DNA of 64,000 nt. It comes from Verrucomicrobiota bacterium. Its GTDB lineage: Bacteria > Verrucomicrobiota > Verrucomicrobiia > Limisphaerales > Palsa-1400. The stretch spans positions 42,858 through 106,857 of the forward strand of contig JBEKYR010000015.1 of NCBI GenBank assembly GCA_049510745.1. Direction: 5' to 3'. A model generated the notes under the pieces. It was not told the DNA's origin. It did not search any database and saw only the letters and a list, made by a program, of their open reading frames with translations. Made by a program: the position numbers and the translations under genes. How positions within the stretch are numbered: position 1 is the first letter of the stretch; the number at the start of each line of letters is the position of its first letter. Below are positions 18,901 to 28,797 of the stretch, one piece after another.

Positions 18901-19656
18901 ATGATCGACCTGACCAACTGGTTGATGGTTTTTTTGCGGGCCAGTTCCATGCTGGCGGTCTTCCCCGTTTTTTCCGCCCGCAATTTTCCCGTCCAACTGC
19001 GCCTGGCTCTCGGCGCCCTCCTGGCCGTGATGGTCGGCGCCACCCTGCCCCCTAACGCCGTCCAACCCGCCGATTTCTGGGGGTTGATCGGCCTGATGGC
19101 CGTCGAAGTCGGCATCGGTCTGATTATCGGTTTTGCCAGCCGCATGATTTTTTTCGCGCTCGAAATCGCCGGCAGCCTGATCAGCGCCGAAATGGGCCTC
19201 TCCATTCCGCCCGGCATCAATCCGCTGGCGGATACTCCAATGCCCGCGCCCTCCACCATCCTTTACTACCTGGCGGCGATGCTCTGGTTGAGCCTGGATA
19301 TGCACCACTGGATGCTTCTCGGATTCGAGAAGACCTACGCTTACCTGCCCATTGGCTCGGCCCATCTTTCCCAGGCCTTCGTGCTGGACATCGTCGGGCG
19401 GACCAGCGGCCTTTTCGTCATCGCGCTGCAATTGGCCGCGCCGCTGCTGGCCGTTTCCTTCATCATCTCGCTGATCTTCGCCGTGCTGGGCCGGGCCGTG
19501 CCGCAGATGAACGTCTTTGCCGAAAGCTTTGCCGTGCGTCCGTTGGTGGGCCTGAGTGTTTTTGGCCTCACCATGGAGTTGATGTCCCAGCATATCGCCA
19601 ACTATGTCCGCCGTTTGCCCGAAGACATGCTGCGGGTGTCCCAATTGCTCCATTAA
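18901..19656 (+). CDS. fliR: Export gate FliR
   Basis: Multi-TM, EVGIGL..GF, AG.LI..EMGLS, GRAVPQMNVF. Confidence 0.94.
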   Translation: MIDLTNWLMVFLRASSMLAVFPVFSARNFPVQLRLALGALLAVMVGATLPPNAVQPADFWGLIGLMAVEVGIGLIIGFASRMIFFALEIAGSLISAEMGLSIPPGINPLADTPMPAPSTILYYLAAMLWLSLDMHHWMLLGFEKTYAYLPIGSAHLSQAFVLDIVGRTSGLFVIALQLAAPLLAVSFIISLIFAVLGRAVPQMNVFAESFAVRPLVGLSVFGLTMELMSQHIANYVRRLPEDMLRVSQLLH

Positions 19657-19668
19657 CCCGTCACTCCT

Positions 19669-20751
19669 ATGAGCGAACAAACGGGCGAGAAGACAGAGAA
19701 ACCGACACAAAAGCGGCTCGATGAAGCGATCAAGAAAGGGCAGATCGCCCGCAGCCCCGAAGTCCAGACCGTCTTCGTCCTGGGCGGCGCCCTGCTGGCC
19801 CTGGCCTTCACCGGCGGCGAAATGTGGCGCGTCATGGCCGACTGCCTCACCACGACGTTGAGCCACCTGCACGATACCGCCCTCTCCATGAACGCCATGC
19901 AAGGTTACGCCGTCACGGGCGCGTTGACGCTCGGAAAGTGCGTCTGGCCGGTGCTGGCGGCGACCCTCACCGGCGGCCTCCTGGCGGGCGGCATCCAGAC
20001 ACGCTTCCGCACCTCATCCGAAGCCTTGGACGTCAACTGGGAGCGGCTCAGCCCCGTCGAAGGGTTCAAGCGCATCTTTTCGATGCGCTCGACCGTTGCC
20101 ACCGGCCTGGGCATCGTCAAGCTCTCCGTCGTCATTACTCTCTGCTACGGTGTCATTCGGAGCATTTTAGCCGACCCGATCTTTCACTCGTCGGTCAATG
20201 TGGCAAGGATTGCCGCGTTTATGGCAGAATCTTCCTTTCGGCTCATCCTGCAAGTCGGTGCGGCGCTGATCGTTCTGGCGACGGCTGATTACGGCTACAA
20301 ACTCTGGCAAACAAGCCAGGACCTCATGATGACCAAAGAGGAGCTCAAGGAGGAAACCAAAAACACCGAAGGCAACCCCACCATCAAAGCCCAGCAACGC
20401 CGCCGCCGCCTGTCCATCAGCAAACGCAAGATGCTTGCGGAAGTCCCTAAGGCTGATGTGGTTGTGACAAATCCGACCCACATTGCCGTCGCGCTTCGAT
20501 ACGACCGGAAGACCATGAGAGCGCCCCGGATTGTGGCCAAAGGCATCCGTCTCAACGCCTGCCAAATCCGCGAAATCGCCCAGCAACACCAGGTTCCCAT
20601 CATTGAAAACAAGCCCCTGGCCCAGCTTATGTTCAAATATGGCCGGGTGGGTGGCGAGATTCCTGCTCAGTTATATGCAGCCGTGGCTGAAATACTGGCC
20701 TGGGTCTATCGCGTCAATGCCTATCGGTACTATCGCGAACAGTGTTCGTAA
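19669..20751 (+). CDS. flhB: Export substrate-switch protein FlhB
   Basis: EKTEKPT.KRL..A..KGQ, MTKEE.KEE.K..EG.P, and an intact NPTH autocleavage motif. Confidence 0.96.
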   Translation: MSEQTGEKTEKPTQKRLDEAIKKGQIARSPEVQTVFVLGGALLALAFTGGEMWRVMADCLTTTLSHLHDTALSMNAMQGYAVTGALTLGKCVWPVLAATLTGGLLAGGIQTRFRTSSEALDVNWERLSPVEGFKRIFSMRSTVATGLGIVKLSVVITLCYGVIRSILADPIFHSSVNVARIAAFMAESSFRLILQVGAALIVLATADYGYKLWQTSQDLMMTKEELKEETKNTEGNPTIKAQQRRRRLSISKRKMLAEVPKADVVVTNPTHIAVALRYDRKTMRAPRIVAKGIRLNACQIREIAQQHQVPIIENKPLAQLMFKYGRVGGEIPAQLYAAVAEILAWVYRVNAYRYYREQCS

Positions 20752-20766
20752 CTTTCATCACGCAAC

Positions 20767-22866
20767 ATGGCACAGAGTCCGTCAAAAACGTCCAATGTTG
20801 GCCGCCTGTTTAAGAACGGCGACATCTTCCTGATCATCGGCTTGTTCATCACCGTCCTCGTGATGATCCTGCCCATTCACCCGCTGCTGCTGGACGGCTT
20901 CCTGGCCACCAGCATCGCCTTGTCCCTCCTTATCCTGCTTTCCATCCTTTACGTCCGGGAACCGGCCGACTTCACCGGATTCCCCACGCTGCTGTTGTTT
21001 GTCACTCTTTTCCGCCTCTCGCTCAACATCGCTTCCACCCGCCTGATTCTGCTGGACGGTTACGCCGGGCATATCATCGAGACCTTCGGCAACTTTGTCG
21101 TCCGCGGCAATTACGTGGTCGGGTTGGTTATCTTTTTGATCCTCGTCCTCATCAATTTCATCGTCATCACCAAGGGCGCCGGACGCATCGCCGAAGTCGC
21201 CGCCCGCTTCACTTTGGACGCCATGCCGGGCAAACAAATGGCCATCGACGCCGAACTGAACGCCGGCATGATTAACGAGGCCGAGGCCCGCCACCGGCGC
21301 CGCAAAGTCGAGCAGGAGGCCGACTTCTACGGCGCAATGGACGGCGCCAGTAAATTCGTCCGCGGCGACGCCATCGCCGCCATTCTCATTACCTTGATCA
21401 ATGTCCTGGGCGGCTTTGCCATCGGCATCGCGCAAAAAGGAATGACGGTCAACGAGGCCTTGCAGCGGTTCACTCTCCTGTCCATTGGCGACGGCTTGGT
21501 CTCGCAGATTCCCGCCCTCATCACATCGACCGCCGCCGGCATTCTGGTCACCCGCGCCGCGGCCAAGGAGGAATTGGGCAACGAGCTGACCAAGCAACTG
21601 CTCTCGGTCCCGAAAGTCATGACGATCCTCACCGCCATGCTCGTGGTCTTCGCCATCGTTCCGGGATTGCCGATGTTCCCCTTCATGTTCCTCGCCTCCT
21701 GCACCGGGTTGCTGGCTTACAATTTGAAGGGACAGCAGCCCCTCCTCCAGGCCGCCACCGCTTCCGGGTCCGAATCTCCGGGCGCTCCCGCCGGCAAAGG
21801 TGCGGCCGCCTCGGCCCATCCGGACAAATTGGAATCGCTCCTGAACCTGGACGCCCTCCAAATCGAACTGGGCTACGGCCTCATCAGCCTGGCCGACACC
21901 CGCAAAGGCGGCGATTTGCTCGAACGCGTCACCGGCGTGCGCAAAACCTTCGCCCAGGAAATGGGCATGATCATCCCGCCCATCCGTTTGCGCGACAATT
22001 TGCAGTTGGAAGCCAACCAGTACCGTTTTCTCTTGAAAGGCAACCCCATCGTCCAGGGGGAATTGGTGCCCGGCCATTGGCTGGCGATGAACGCCTCCAA
22101 CAGCAAGGTCGTCCTCAAGGGCCTGCCCACCGTCGAACCGGTTTTCAAGCTCCCGGCCACCTGGATCGCCGAGGCCGAACGGAAAAACGCCGAGGTCAGC
22201 GGTTACACCGTGGTCGATGCCCCGTCGGTCCTGGTCACCCATTTGTCGGAAACCGTCAAACGCAATTGCCACGAAATCCTCAGCCGCCAGGATGTGCAGA
22301 ATCTCTTGGATAACCTCAAGCAGACCAATCCGACCGTCGTCACCGAATTGATCCCGGCGCAGTTGAACGTGGGCCAGGTGCAGCGCATCCTCCAGAATCT
22401 TTTGGCCGAAGGCATCTCCATCCGCAACCTCGCCGGCATCCTCGAAAAAGTCAGCGATTACACCAGCATCACCAAGAATCCCGACGAACTTTCCGAGCAC
22501 GCCCGCCGCGCCTTGGGGGCGCAGATCATCAAACCGTACCAAACCGAAAAAGGGGCCGTGCAGGCCATCACCCTCGACCCGCGCCTGGAGCAGCAGATGG
22601 CCCAGGGCCTGCGCCAGACCCCCACCGAAATCACCCTGATGATGGAGCCAAAGCTGGCCCGCCACGTTGTGGAAACCTTGTCCCCGCGCGTCCAGCAACT
22701 CCTCAGCGCCGGCCAGCCGCCGGTGGTCTTATGTTCCCCGCCCATCCGCCTGGCTTTCCGCCGCTTCTTCGAAACCACCTTCTCGGAATTGACCGTGCTC
22801 TCCTACGCGGAAGTCCCTTCCCGCGTCGAAATCCAGAGCGCCGCCATCATCCCTTGCCCGGAGTGA
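20767..22866 (+). CDS. flhA: Export apparatus protein FlhA
   Basis: FPTLLL, LNIASTRLIL, EVAARFTLDAMPGKQMAIDA, FYGAMDGASKFVRGDAIA, GDGLVSQIP. Confidence 0.97.
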   Translation: MAQSPSKTSNVGRLFKNGDIFLIIGLFITVLVMILPIHPLLLDGFLATSIALSLLILLSILYVREPADFTGFPTLLLFVTLFRLSLNIASTRLILLDGYAGHIIETFGNFVVRGNYVVGLVIFLILVLINFIVITKGAGRIAEVAARFTLDAMPGKQMAIDAELNAGMINEAEARHRRRKVEQEADFYGAMDGASKFVRGDAIAAILITLINVLGGFAIGIAQKGMTVNEALQRFTLLSIGDGLVSQIPALITSTAAGILVTRAAAKEELGNELTKQLLSVPKVMTILTAMLVVFAIVPGLPMFPFMFLASCTGLLAYNLKGQQPLLQAATASGSESPGAPAGKGAAASAHPDKLESLLNLDALQIELGYGLISLADTRKGGDLLERVTGVRKTFAQEMGMIIPPIRLRDNLQLEANQYRFLLKGNPIVQGELVPGHWLAMNASNSKVVLKGLPTVEPVFKLPATWIAEAERKNAEVSGYTVVDAPSVLVTHLSETVKRNCHEILSRQDVQNLLDNLKQTNPTVVTELIPAQLNVGQVQRILQNLLAEGISIRNLAGILEKVSDYTSITKNPDELSEHARRALGAQIIKPYQTEKGAVQAITLDPRLEQQMAQGLRQTPTEITLMMEPKLARHVVETLSPRVQQLLSAGQPPVVLCSPPIRLAFRRFFETTFSELTVLSYAEVPSRVEIQSAAIIPCPE

Positions 22867-22867
22867 C

Positions 22868-23905
22868 ATGAACGGCCCCGCCACCGATCCCATTCCCTTC
22901 GTCGCCGCCTCGGCCGAGGAAGCCGTCGCCCAAATCCGCGCCCGGCTCGGATCGGATGCCGTGGTCTTGCGGGTCCGTCCGCTCAAAGCCCCCGGCCTGG
23001 CCCGCCTGTGGCAGAAGCCGATGATTGAAGTGGTGGCCTGCCGCCCGGAACCGCCGCCGCCACCCGAGACCGCGCCCTCCGTCTCCGAAGCCCTGGCCGG
23101 ATTCCGCCAGGAACTGGACGAAATCAAACAGCAAGTCGAACTCAACGACAGCGGCTGGCGCGTGGCGCCGTTGCTGCAAAAGACCGGGCTGCTCCCGCTT
23201 TACGCAAAACAGATTGTTGACGCTTTGAAGTCGGCCCACGGCGAGAACCCGCCGCAGGCCCTGGCCGGCGAAATCGCCCTGGCGCGCGCGCAATTGGCCA
23301 GGTCCTGGCGCGCGCCGCGCCCGCGCGAGCCGCATTCGTTGCACGCGCTCATCGGCCCCGCCGGTTCGGGCAAGACGACCGCCTTGTGCAAATGGCTCAC
23401 CCAAGCCGCGCTGGTCGAAGGCCACCTGGCCCGCGTTTGGAGGTTGGACGGCGCCACCGCCAACACCGCCGAGTCCCTGGGCGTCTATTGCGAGGTTTTG
23501 GGCGTCCCCAACGAACGCGCCTGGACCGGCGAAGGCCGCGCCATTTCGGAGGACATCGGCTTCATCGACCTGCCCGGGGTCGATTGGCGCGATCCGCTGG
23601 CCGTTCAGGAACTGGCCGCGCAACTGCCGCAATACGGTTCGCCGCGCCTGCATCTCGTGCTCAACGGGGCCTACGATATCTCCGTGCTGCTCGCCCAGGT
23701 CCGCGCCTTCTCCGCCCTGCCCATTGACGATTTGATCCTCACGCATCTGGACGAAGAGCCGAACTGGGGAAAAATCTGGAACCTGGCGCTGGGCGCCGGT
23801 TATGCCATCCTCTATTTCAGCAGCGGCCAAAACATCCCAGGCGATTTTGCCGAAGCCACCGCCGAAAAAATCCTCGCCCGCCAATTCCCGCGCTCGCTGC
23901 CATAG
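22868..23905 (+). CDS. flhF: FlhF-like SRP-family GTPase (divergent)
   Basis: EEAVAQIRARLGSDAV N-terminus, GPAGSGKTT, DLPG, THLDE, GQNIP.D. Follows flhA. Confidence 0.82.
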   Translation: MNGPATDPIPFVAASAEEAVAQIRARLGSDAVVLRVRPLKAPGLARLWQKPMIEVVACRPEPPPPPETAPSVSEALAGFRQELDEIKQQVELNDSGWRVAPLLQKTGLLPLYAKQIVDALKSAHGENPPQALAGEIALARAQLARSWRAPRPREPHSLHALIGPAGSGKTTALCKWLTQAALVEGHLARVWRLDGATANTAESLGVYCEVLGVPNERAWTGEGRAISEDIGFIDLPGVDWRDPLAVQELAAQLPQYGSPRLHLVLNGAYDISVLLAQVRAFSALPIDDLILTHLDEEPNWGKIWNLALGAGYAILYFSSGQNIPGDFAEATAEKILARQFPRSLP

Positions 23906-23911
23906 CCCGGG

Positions 23912-25354
23912 CTAGAACTTCAGCACCTTGACCGCTTCGGTGGCGGCGTCCCAGACCGCGTCCGGGAAAATCCCCAGGTAGAGCATGCCGGCGATGCATG
24001 CGCCCAGGGAGAATTTCATCGGAACCGAGACCGCGATGGGCGAAAGGTCGTCCGGGTCCTTGGACCAATAGATGGCGCGAATGACGCCGAAATAATAGTA
24101 AAGGGAAATGACCACGCCCACAATGCCGACCGCCGCCAGCCACAAATAGGCGGAGTTCAGGCCGGCCTGCTGAATGACGGCCTTGAAAAGAAGGAATTTG
24201 CCCAAAAATCCCGCCAACGGCGGCACGCCGGCCAGCGAAATCATCCCCAGCGTCAGCGCCACGGCCAGCAGCGGCGAACGCCGGTTCAATCCCGCCAGCA
24301 CGCCAATGTCGTCGCTCTCCCGCGCCACGATGCAGATGACGGAGAAGGTCGCCGCCAGGGTGAATAAATAGCCCGCGAGGTAATAGAGGACTGCGGCCGC
24401 GCCGGCGGCGTTGAGCGCGGCCACGCCGAGCAAAAGGTAGCCGGCGTTGGCGATGCTGGAATAGCCGAGCAGGCGCTTGAGGCTGCGCTGCGGGATGGCG
24501 CAGAGGTTGCCGTAAAGAATGGTGGCCGCCGCCGCGAGCATGAGCATTTTGTCCAGGTGAACCGCCAGCGCCGGGGCCGCCGCAAACAGCACGCGCAGCA
24601 CCAGGACAAATCCCGCCGCTTTCGAGCCGATGGCCAGGAACGCTGTCACCGGCGTCGGCGCCCCCTGATAGACATCCGGCGCCCACATCTGCAAGGGGAA
24701 GGAGGCGATCTTGAAGGCCAGCCCCAGCAGCACCAGCAGGACGCCCAGCCAATAGACTTTGTCCTGCGTGAGCCTGGCCCCCTCGGCGCTGAGGGCGGCA
24801 AAATTGGTGCTGTTGCCGGCGCCAAAAATCAGGGCAATGCCAAAAACCAGGAAGGCCGCCGCCAGCGCGCTCAAGATCAAATACTTGACTCCCGCTTCGA
24901 GCGAGTTCAGGCGCGACCGTTGAAAGCTGATCAGGACGTAAAAGCTGACCGACATCATTTCCATGGCCACGAACAACAGCACGTAGTCGCTGGCCGAGGC
25001 CGCGAACATCATCCCCGCCAGCGCGATCAAGAGGATGGCGTAGAACTCGCCGATGCCCGCCGCGATGCGGTCGCGGAATTCCATCGCCATCAACACGACC
25101 AACACTCCCGCGCCCAGAAACAGGCGCTTGAAGAACAACGCCAGGCCGTCCTGCACGAACATGCCGTTGAAACCGATGTCGGACGGCTCGCCGCCTGAAA
25201 TGTTGAAGCTCAGGGCCAGAATGATCATCAGGCCGATGGCCGCGACGGGGCCGAGCCGGTCCTTGAATTTGGGCGGCGTCCACAGGTCGATGAGCAGCAG
25301 CGCCAGCGCCAGTCCGATGACCGCCAATTCCAATATCACGAGGGAGAGGTTCAT
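23912..25354 (-). CDS. nuoN: NADH-quinone oxidoreductase subunit N
   Basis: Starts MNLSLVILE. EAGVKY, FKIA.FP.QMWAPDVYQGAPTPV, KRLLGYSSI, SLAGVPPLAGF.GK. Confidence 0.95.
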   Translation of the reverse strand: MNLSLVILELAVIGLALALLLIDLWTPPKFKDRLGPVAAIGLMIILALSFNISGGEPSDIGFNGMFVQDGLALFFKRLFLGAGVLVVLMAMEFRDRIAAGIGEFYAILLIALAGMMFAASASDYVLLFVAMEMMSVSFYVLISFQRSRLNSLEAGVKYLILSALAAAFLVFGIALIFGAGNSTNFAALSAEGARLTQDKVYWLGVLLVLLGLAFKIASFPLQMWAPDVYQGAPTPVTAFLAIGSKAAGFVLVLRVLFAAAPALAVHLDKMLMLAAAATILYGNLCAIPQRSLKRLLGYSSIANAGYLLLGVAALNAAGAAAVLYYLAGYLFTLAATFSVICIVARESDDIGVLAGLNRRSPLLAVALTLGMISLAGVPPLAGFLGKFLLFKAVIQQAGLNSAYLWLAAVGIVGVVISLYYYFGVIRAIYWSKDPDDLSPIAVSVPMKFSLGACIAGMLYLGIFPDAVWDAATEAVKVLKF

Positions 25355-26943
25355 CGGCGGCGAATGATTAGGGTGGGAGCGGTGTCCGTCGGTTCGGCTC
25401 CGACCGCGCGAACGACCGTGGCCACGCTGGTTTTGATGTTGTCGGTCAACAGCCGGGGGAAGCAGCCAAAAACAATCAACCCGGCCAGGAGCAGGCCGTA
25501 GGGGAACTTGCGCCAGAGACTGGGGGCGTCGGGCGCGTCGGGCCAGGACTTGTCGCCGTGCCAGATATCGCGGATGGCGCGCAGCATGTAAACGCCGGCG
25601 ATGACCAGCGCGCCCCACACCGCCAGGCCCGTGACCAGGGCGGAGCGGTCCCAATTGCCGAAGAGCACCAGAGCCTCGCCGGGAAAGTTGGCGAAACCCG
25701 GCAGGCCGCAACCCGCCAGCATCGCCATGATCATCACCGTGCCGATAAACGGCAGCCGGCGGAGCAATCCGCCCATCTGGTCCATGTCGAGGGTTTTGAC
25801 TTCGTCGCGCAAATAGCCGCTCAAGGCGAAAGTCAGCGCCGCCAGAAAACCATGCGCGACCATCACCACCACCGTGCCCGTGATGCCGATCAAGCTCAGG
25901 CTGGCAATGCCCAGAAAGGCGAAGCCCATGTGCGCGACGCTGGAATTGCCGATGAGCAGGTTCAGATCCCGCTGCCGCATCGCCACCAGGCCGCAAGAGA
26001 GGATGTTGCCCAGGCACAGGGCCGACAACACATAGACCCATTTTTGCGCTTCGTCGGGCATGAGCGGCAAGGCGATGCGGATGAGGCCGTAAAGCCCGAA
26101 TTTTTTGAGCACCCCGGCGTGGATCATGGCCGTGCCGGTCGGCGCCGAGCCGTAGCCCAGCGGGGCCCAGGTGTGGAAGGGCCAGAGCGCAACCAGGATG
26201 CCGAAGCCAAACAAAAGCGTCGGGAAAATCCAATGCCCCGGCCCCGGCGGCATCGGATGCGCCTTGAAATACTTCGTCAATTCGACGAGGTCAAAAGTCC
26301 GGTGCGCAGCGGGCACTTGCAGATAGATTCCCAGCAAACCCACCAGGACGAGCAACGCGCCGAGGCTGAGGTAAAGGGTGATTTGAAAGGTGGCGTAATT
26401 CTTGTCCTCGCCCCTGCCCCATAAGCCGATCATGAGGAAGGTCGGCACCAGCGCCAATTCGTGCAGGAAGTAAAACATAAACAGGTCCAGCGAGGCGAAC
26501 GCGCCCAGGATTCCCCCGCCCATCAGCAGCAGGAGGATGTAATACTCCTTTTCGCGGGTGTTGATCCGCCAGGAAACGCAGGTGGCGGCGAAGAGCACCA
26601 CCGCGCCCATCAAGATCAGGCCCAGGTTGATGCCGTCCACGCCCACGTGGTAACTGATGCCCAGACTCGGCGCCCAGGCGTGTTGTTCGACAAATTGATA
26701 ACCCCGCGCGGCGAGGCGGATGGTGACGGCCGAGCCGCCGGTGCCGTGTTGTTCGACAAATTGATAGCTCCGCGCGGCTTGGCCCGGATCGAAGGTGCGG
26801 AACATGTTGATCGCGGTCAGCATCGAGATAAACGTCGCCAGCAGCGCCAGGCCGCGAATGACCACGCGGAAGTTGCGCGGGATCAGCGCGATCAACAGCG
26901 CGCCCAGCAACGGCAGACCAAATATGACAGTCAGTGGCGACAT
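25351..26943 (-). CDS. nuoM: NADH-quinone oxidoreductase subunit M
   Basis: YHVGVDG, DLFMFY..HE..LVP, WPFHTWAP, AGVLKKFG.YG, SSVAHMG, GLPGFANF.GE. Confidence 0.94.
   Translation of the reverse strand: MSPLTVIFGLPLLGALLIALIPRNFRVVIRGLALLATFISMLTAINMFRTFDPGQAARSYQFVEQHGTGGSAVTIRLAARGYQFVEQHAWAPSLGISYHVGVDGINLGLILMGAVVLFAATCVSWRINTREKEYYILLLLMGGGILGAFASLDLFMFYFLHELALVPTFLMIGLWGRGEDKNYATFQITLYLSLGALLVLVGLLGIYLQVPAAHRTFDLVELTKYFKAHPMPPGPGHWIFPTLLFGFGILVALWPFHTWAPLGYGSAPTGTAMIHAGVLKKFGLYGLIRIALPLMPDEAQKWVYVLSALCLGNILSCGLVAMRQRDLNLLIGNSSVAHMGFAFLGIASLSLIGITGTVVVMVAHGFLAALTFALSGYLRDEVKTLDMDQMGGLLRRLPFIGTVMIMAMLAGCGLPGFANFPGEALVLFGNWDRSALVTGLAVWGALVIAGVYMLRAIRDIWHGDKSWPDAPDAPSLWRKFPYGLLLAGLIVFGCFPRLLTDNIKTSVATVVRAVGAEPTDTAPTLIIRRR
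26679..26778. repeat. Direct repeat (about 33 bp, 66-bp offset) inside nuoM
   Basis: tgttgttcgacaaattgata occurs at 26681 and 26747. The protein reads AARSYQFVEQH-GTGGSAVTIRL-AARGYQFVEQH. Confidence 0.85.
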
Positions 26944-26946
26944 TTC

Positions 26947-28794
26947 TCAGCGCAACAGCATGAAATAGAGCACGACGGCGATGCCCGCCGCGAAGAGCAG
27001 GGCATACGTTTGCAGGTTGCCCGTCTGCGCCAGGCGCAACGCGCGCCCGCTCAATTCCGTCGAGCCGTGCAACCCGCGGATGACAAGCTTGATGAAAGAA
27101 TCGAACCCGTTGGCGAAGGTGGCCAGCGCCTCCTGCGAGATCGCGATCAGTTCGGCGTACAGTTCGTCAAAGTAAAACTTGCGCCGCAGCAGTCGCGAGG
27201 TCCCTTTCAGGTGGACGGGCAGCGGATCGGACGGGGCATTGGCGTAAACGAAGTAGGCCGCCGCGAATCCCGCGCAAAAGGCCGCCAATCCCAGCGTCGC
27301 GGCGATCGGGGCCTGCTGGAATGGGGCCAAGGGGGCGAACCACGGAGCCGCCTCATCCACCGGCGCAAACTGGCCCGCGACAAATTGCTCGATGCCGAGA
27401 AAACCGCCCATGACGGAGGCTATCGCCAAAACAACCAGCGGATAGGCTATCACGCGCGACTTGGGCGGGTGAGCGCCCAGGTCCGTTTTTGCCTTGCCGA
27501 GGAACACCACGAAAAAGAGGCGGAACATGTAAAACGTGGTCAGAAAGGCCACAACTATCCCCAGGACAAACAACGTTCTATTGTGCTCGTACGCCGCCGC
27601 CAGGATGGCGTCCTTGCTGTAAAAGCCGCTCAAAGGCGGCAGGCCGCACAAGGCGAGCGCGCCGACCAGGAAGGTCCGATAGGTCAAGGGAATCTTGTCC
27701 TTCAAACGGCCCATCTTCCAGATGTTCTGTTCGTGGCTCAACGCATGGATGACCGCCCCGGCGGCCAAAAAGAGCAAGGCCTTGAAGAAGGCGTGCGTCG
27801 CCAGATGGAACATCGCCGCCGGCGGGTCCGCCAAACCGACCGCCATCACCATGTAGCCCAGTTGCGAAATGGTGGAATAAGCCAGGATGCGTTTGATGTC
27901 GTCCTGCTGCACCGCGATCAAGGCGGACAGGAGCGCGGTAAAGCCGCCAACCCATGCAATGAGGTGCAAGGCGGGCACGTTGAAAAGAAAGAAGACGCGG
28001 CAGAGCATGTAAACGCCGGCCGCCACCATGGTCGCGGCATGGATCAGCGCGCTGACGGGCGTGGGGCCTTCCATCGCGTCGGGCAGCCAGACGTGCAAGG
28101 GGAACTGGGCCGATTTGCCCACCGCCCCGCAGAAAATCAGCAACCCCACGCTGGTCGCCGCCGTTTCAAACAACTCCGGGTTGCGCAGCAATTGTTCCTT
28201 GATCCCGATGAAATCGATCGTGCCTGCCGCCGACCAGACCAAAAGGATGCCGGTGAAAAACCCGAAGTCGCCCAGGCGATTGGTCAGAAAGGCCTTCTTG
28301 GCCGCGTCGGCCGCGGCAGGACGCTCATACCAGAATCCGATCAGCAAATAGCTGCAAAGACCGACCAATTCCCAAAAAATAAACATCTCGATAAAATTCC
28401 CGCTGACCACAACCCCCAGCATCGAAAAAGTGAACAGACTCATGCAGGCAAAGAACCGGGAGTAACCCGGATCGCCCTTCATGTAGCCGATCGAATAAAC
28501 ATGGATGGCCAGGCCGACCCCCGTCACGATCAGCAGCATCAGCACGCTCAACTGATCGAACCGCAGGGCGAAGTCGATGTTCAGGCGGCCCACCTTCAAC
28601 CAGTTGACCTGGACGGCCGGAACGCCGCCGCCCACAAACTCGGCCAGCAAATCCACGCTGAGCAGAAACGAAGCGAGCACCGCGCCCACCGAGAGAACGG
28701 CGCTGAACCGCGGGTTCTTTTGCAGGAACAACGCAATCAGCACGGCCGACAGCAGCGGCAGAAACAGGATGAGCCAGGGCAGCGGATTATTCAT
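26947..28794 (-). CDS. nuoL: NADH-quinone oxidoreductase subunit L
   Basis: IHVYSIGYM, WELVGLCSYLLIGFW, GKSAQFPLHVWLPDAMEGPTPVSALIHAATMV, HAFFKALLFL. Confidence 0.97.
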   Translation of the reverse strand: MNNPLPWLILFLPLLSAVLIALFLQKNPRFSAVLSVGAVLASFLLSVDLLAEFVGGGVPAVQVNWLKVGRLNIDFALRFDQLSVLMLLIVTGVGLAIHVYSIGYMKGDPGYSRFFACMSLFTFSMLGVVVSGNFIEMFIFWELVGLCSYLLIGFWYERPAAADAAKKAFLTNRLGDFGFFTGILLVWSAAGTIDFIGIKEQLLRNPELFETAATSVGLLIFCGAVGKSAQFPLHVWLPDAMEGPTPVSALIHAATMVAAGVYMLCRVFFLFNVPALHLIAWVGGFTALLSALIAVQQDDIKRILAYSTISQLGYMVMAVGLADPPAAMFHLATHAFFKALLFLAAGAVIHALSHEQNIWKMGRLKDKIPLTYRTFLVGALALCGLPPLSGFYSKDAILAAAYEHNRTLFVLGIVVAFLTTFYMFRLFFVVFLGKAKTDLGAHPPKSRVIAYPLVVLAIASVMGGFLGIEQFVAGQFAPVDEAAPWFAPLAPFQQAPIAATLGLAAFCAGFAAAYFVYANAPSDPLPVHLKGTSRLLRRKFYFDELYAELIAISQEALATFANGFDSFIKLVIRGLHGSTELSGRALRLAQTGNLQTYALLFAAGIAVVLYFMLLR

Positions 28795-28797
28795 GCG

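Noticed and set aside
6975..23905. Calling the cluster a classical injectisome
   Set aside because: It contains flagellum-specific flgB/C/D/E, fliE, fliL, fliO and flhF, and no secretin, needle or translocon genes.
23912..26233. 773-aa ORF suggesting an N-terminally extended NuoN
   Set aside because: The upstream part is an alternative frame of nuoM. NuoN similarity begins at the ATG at 25354, which overlaps the nuoM stop.
26679..26778. CRISPR-like repeat-spacer-repeat
   Set aside because: There are only two copies, in frame within nuoM, and no cas genes or leader. No CRISPR array was seen in the window.
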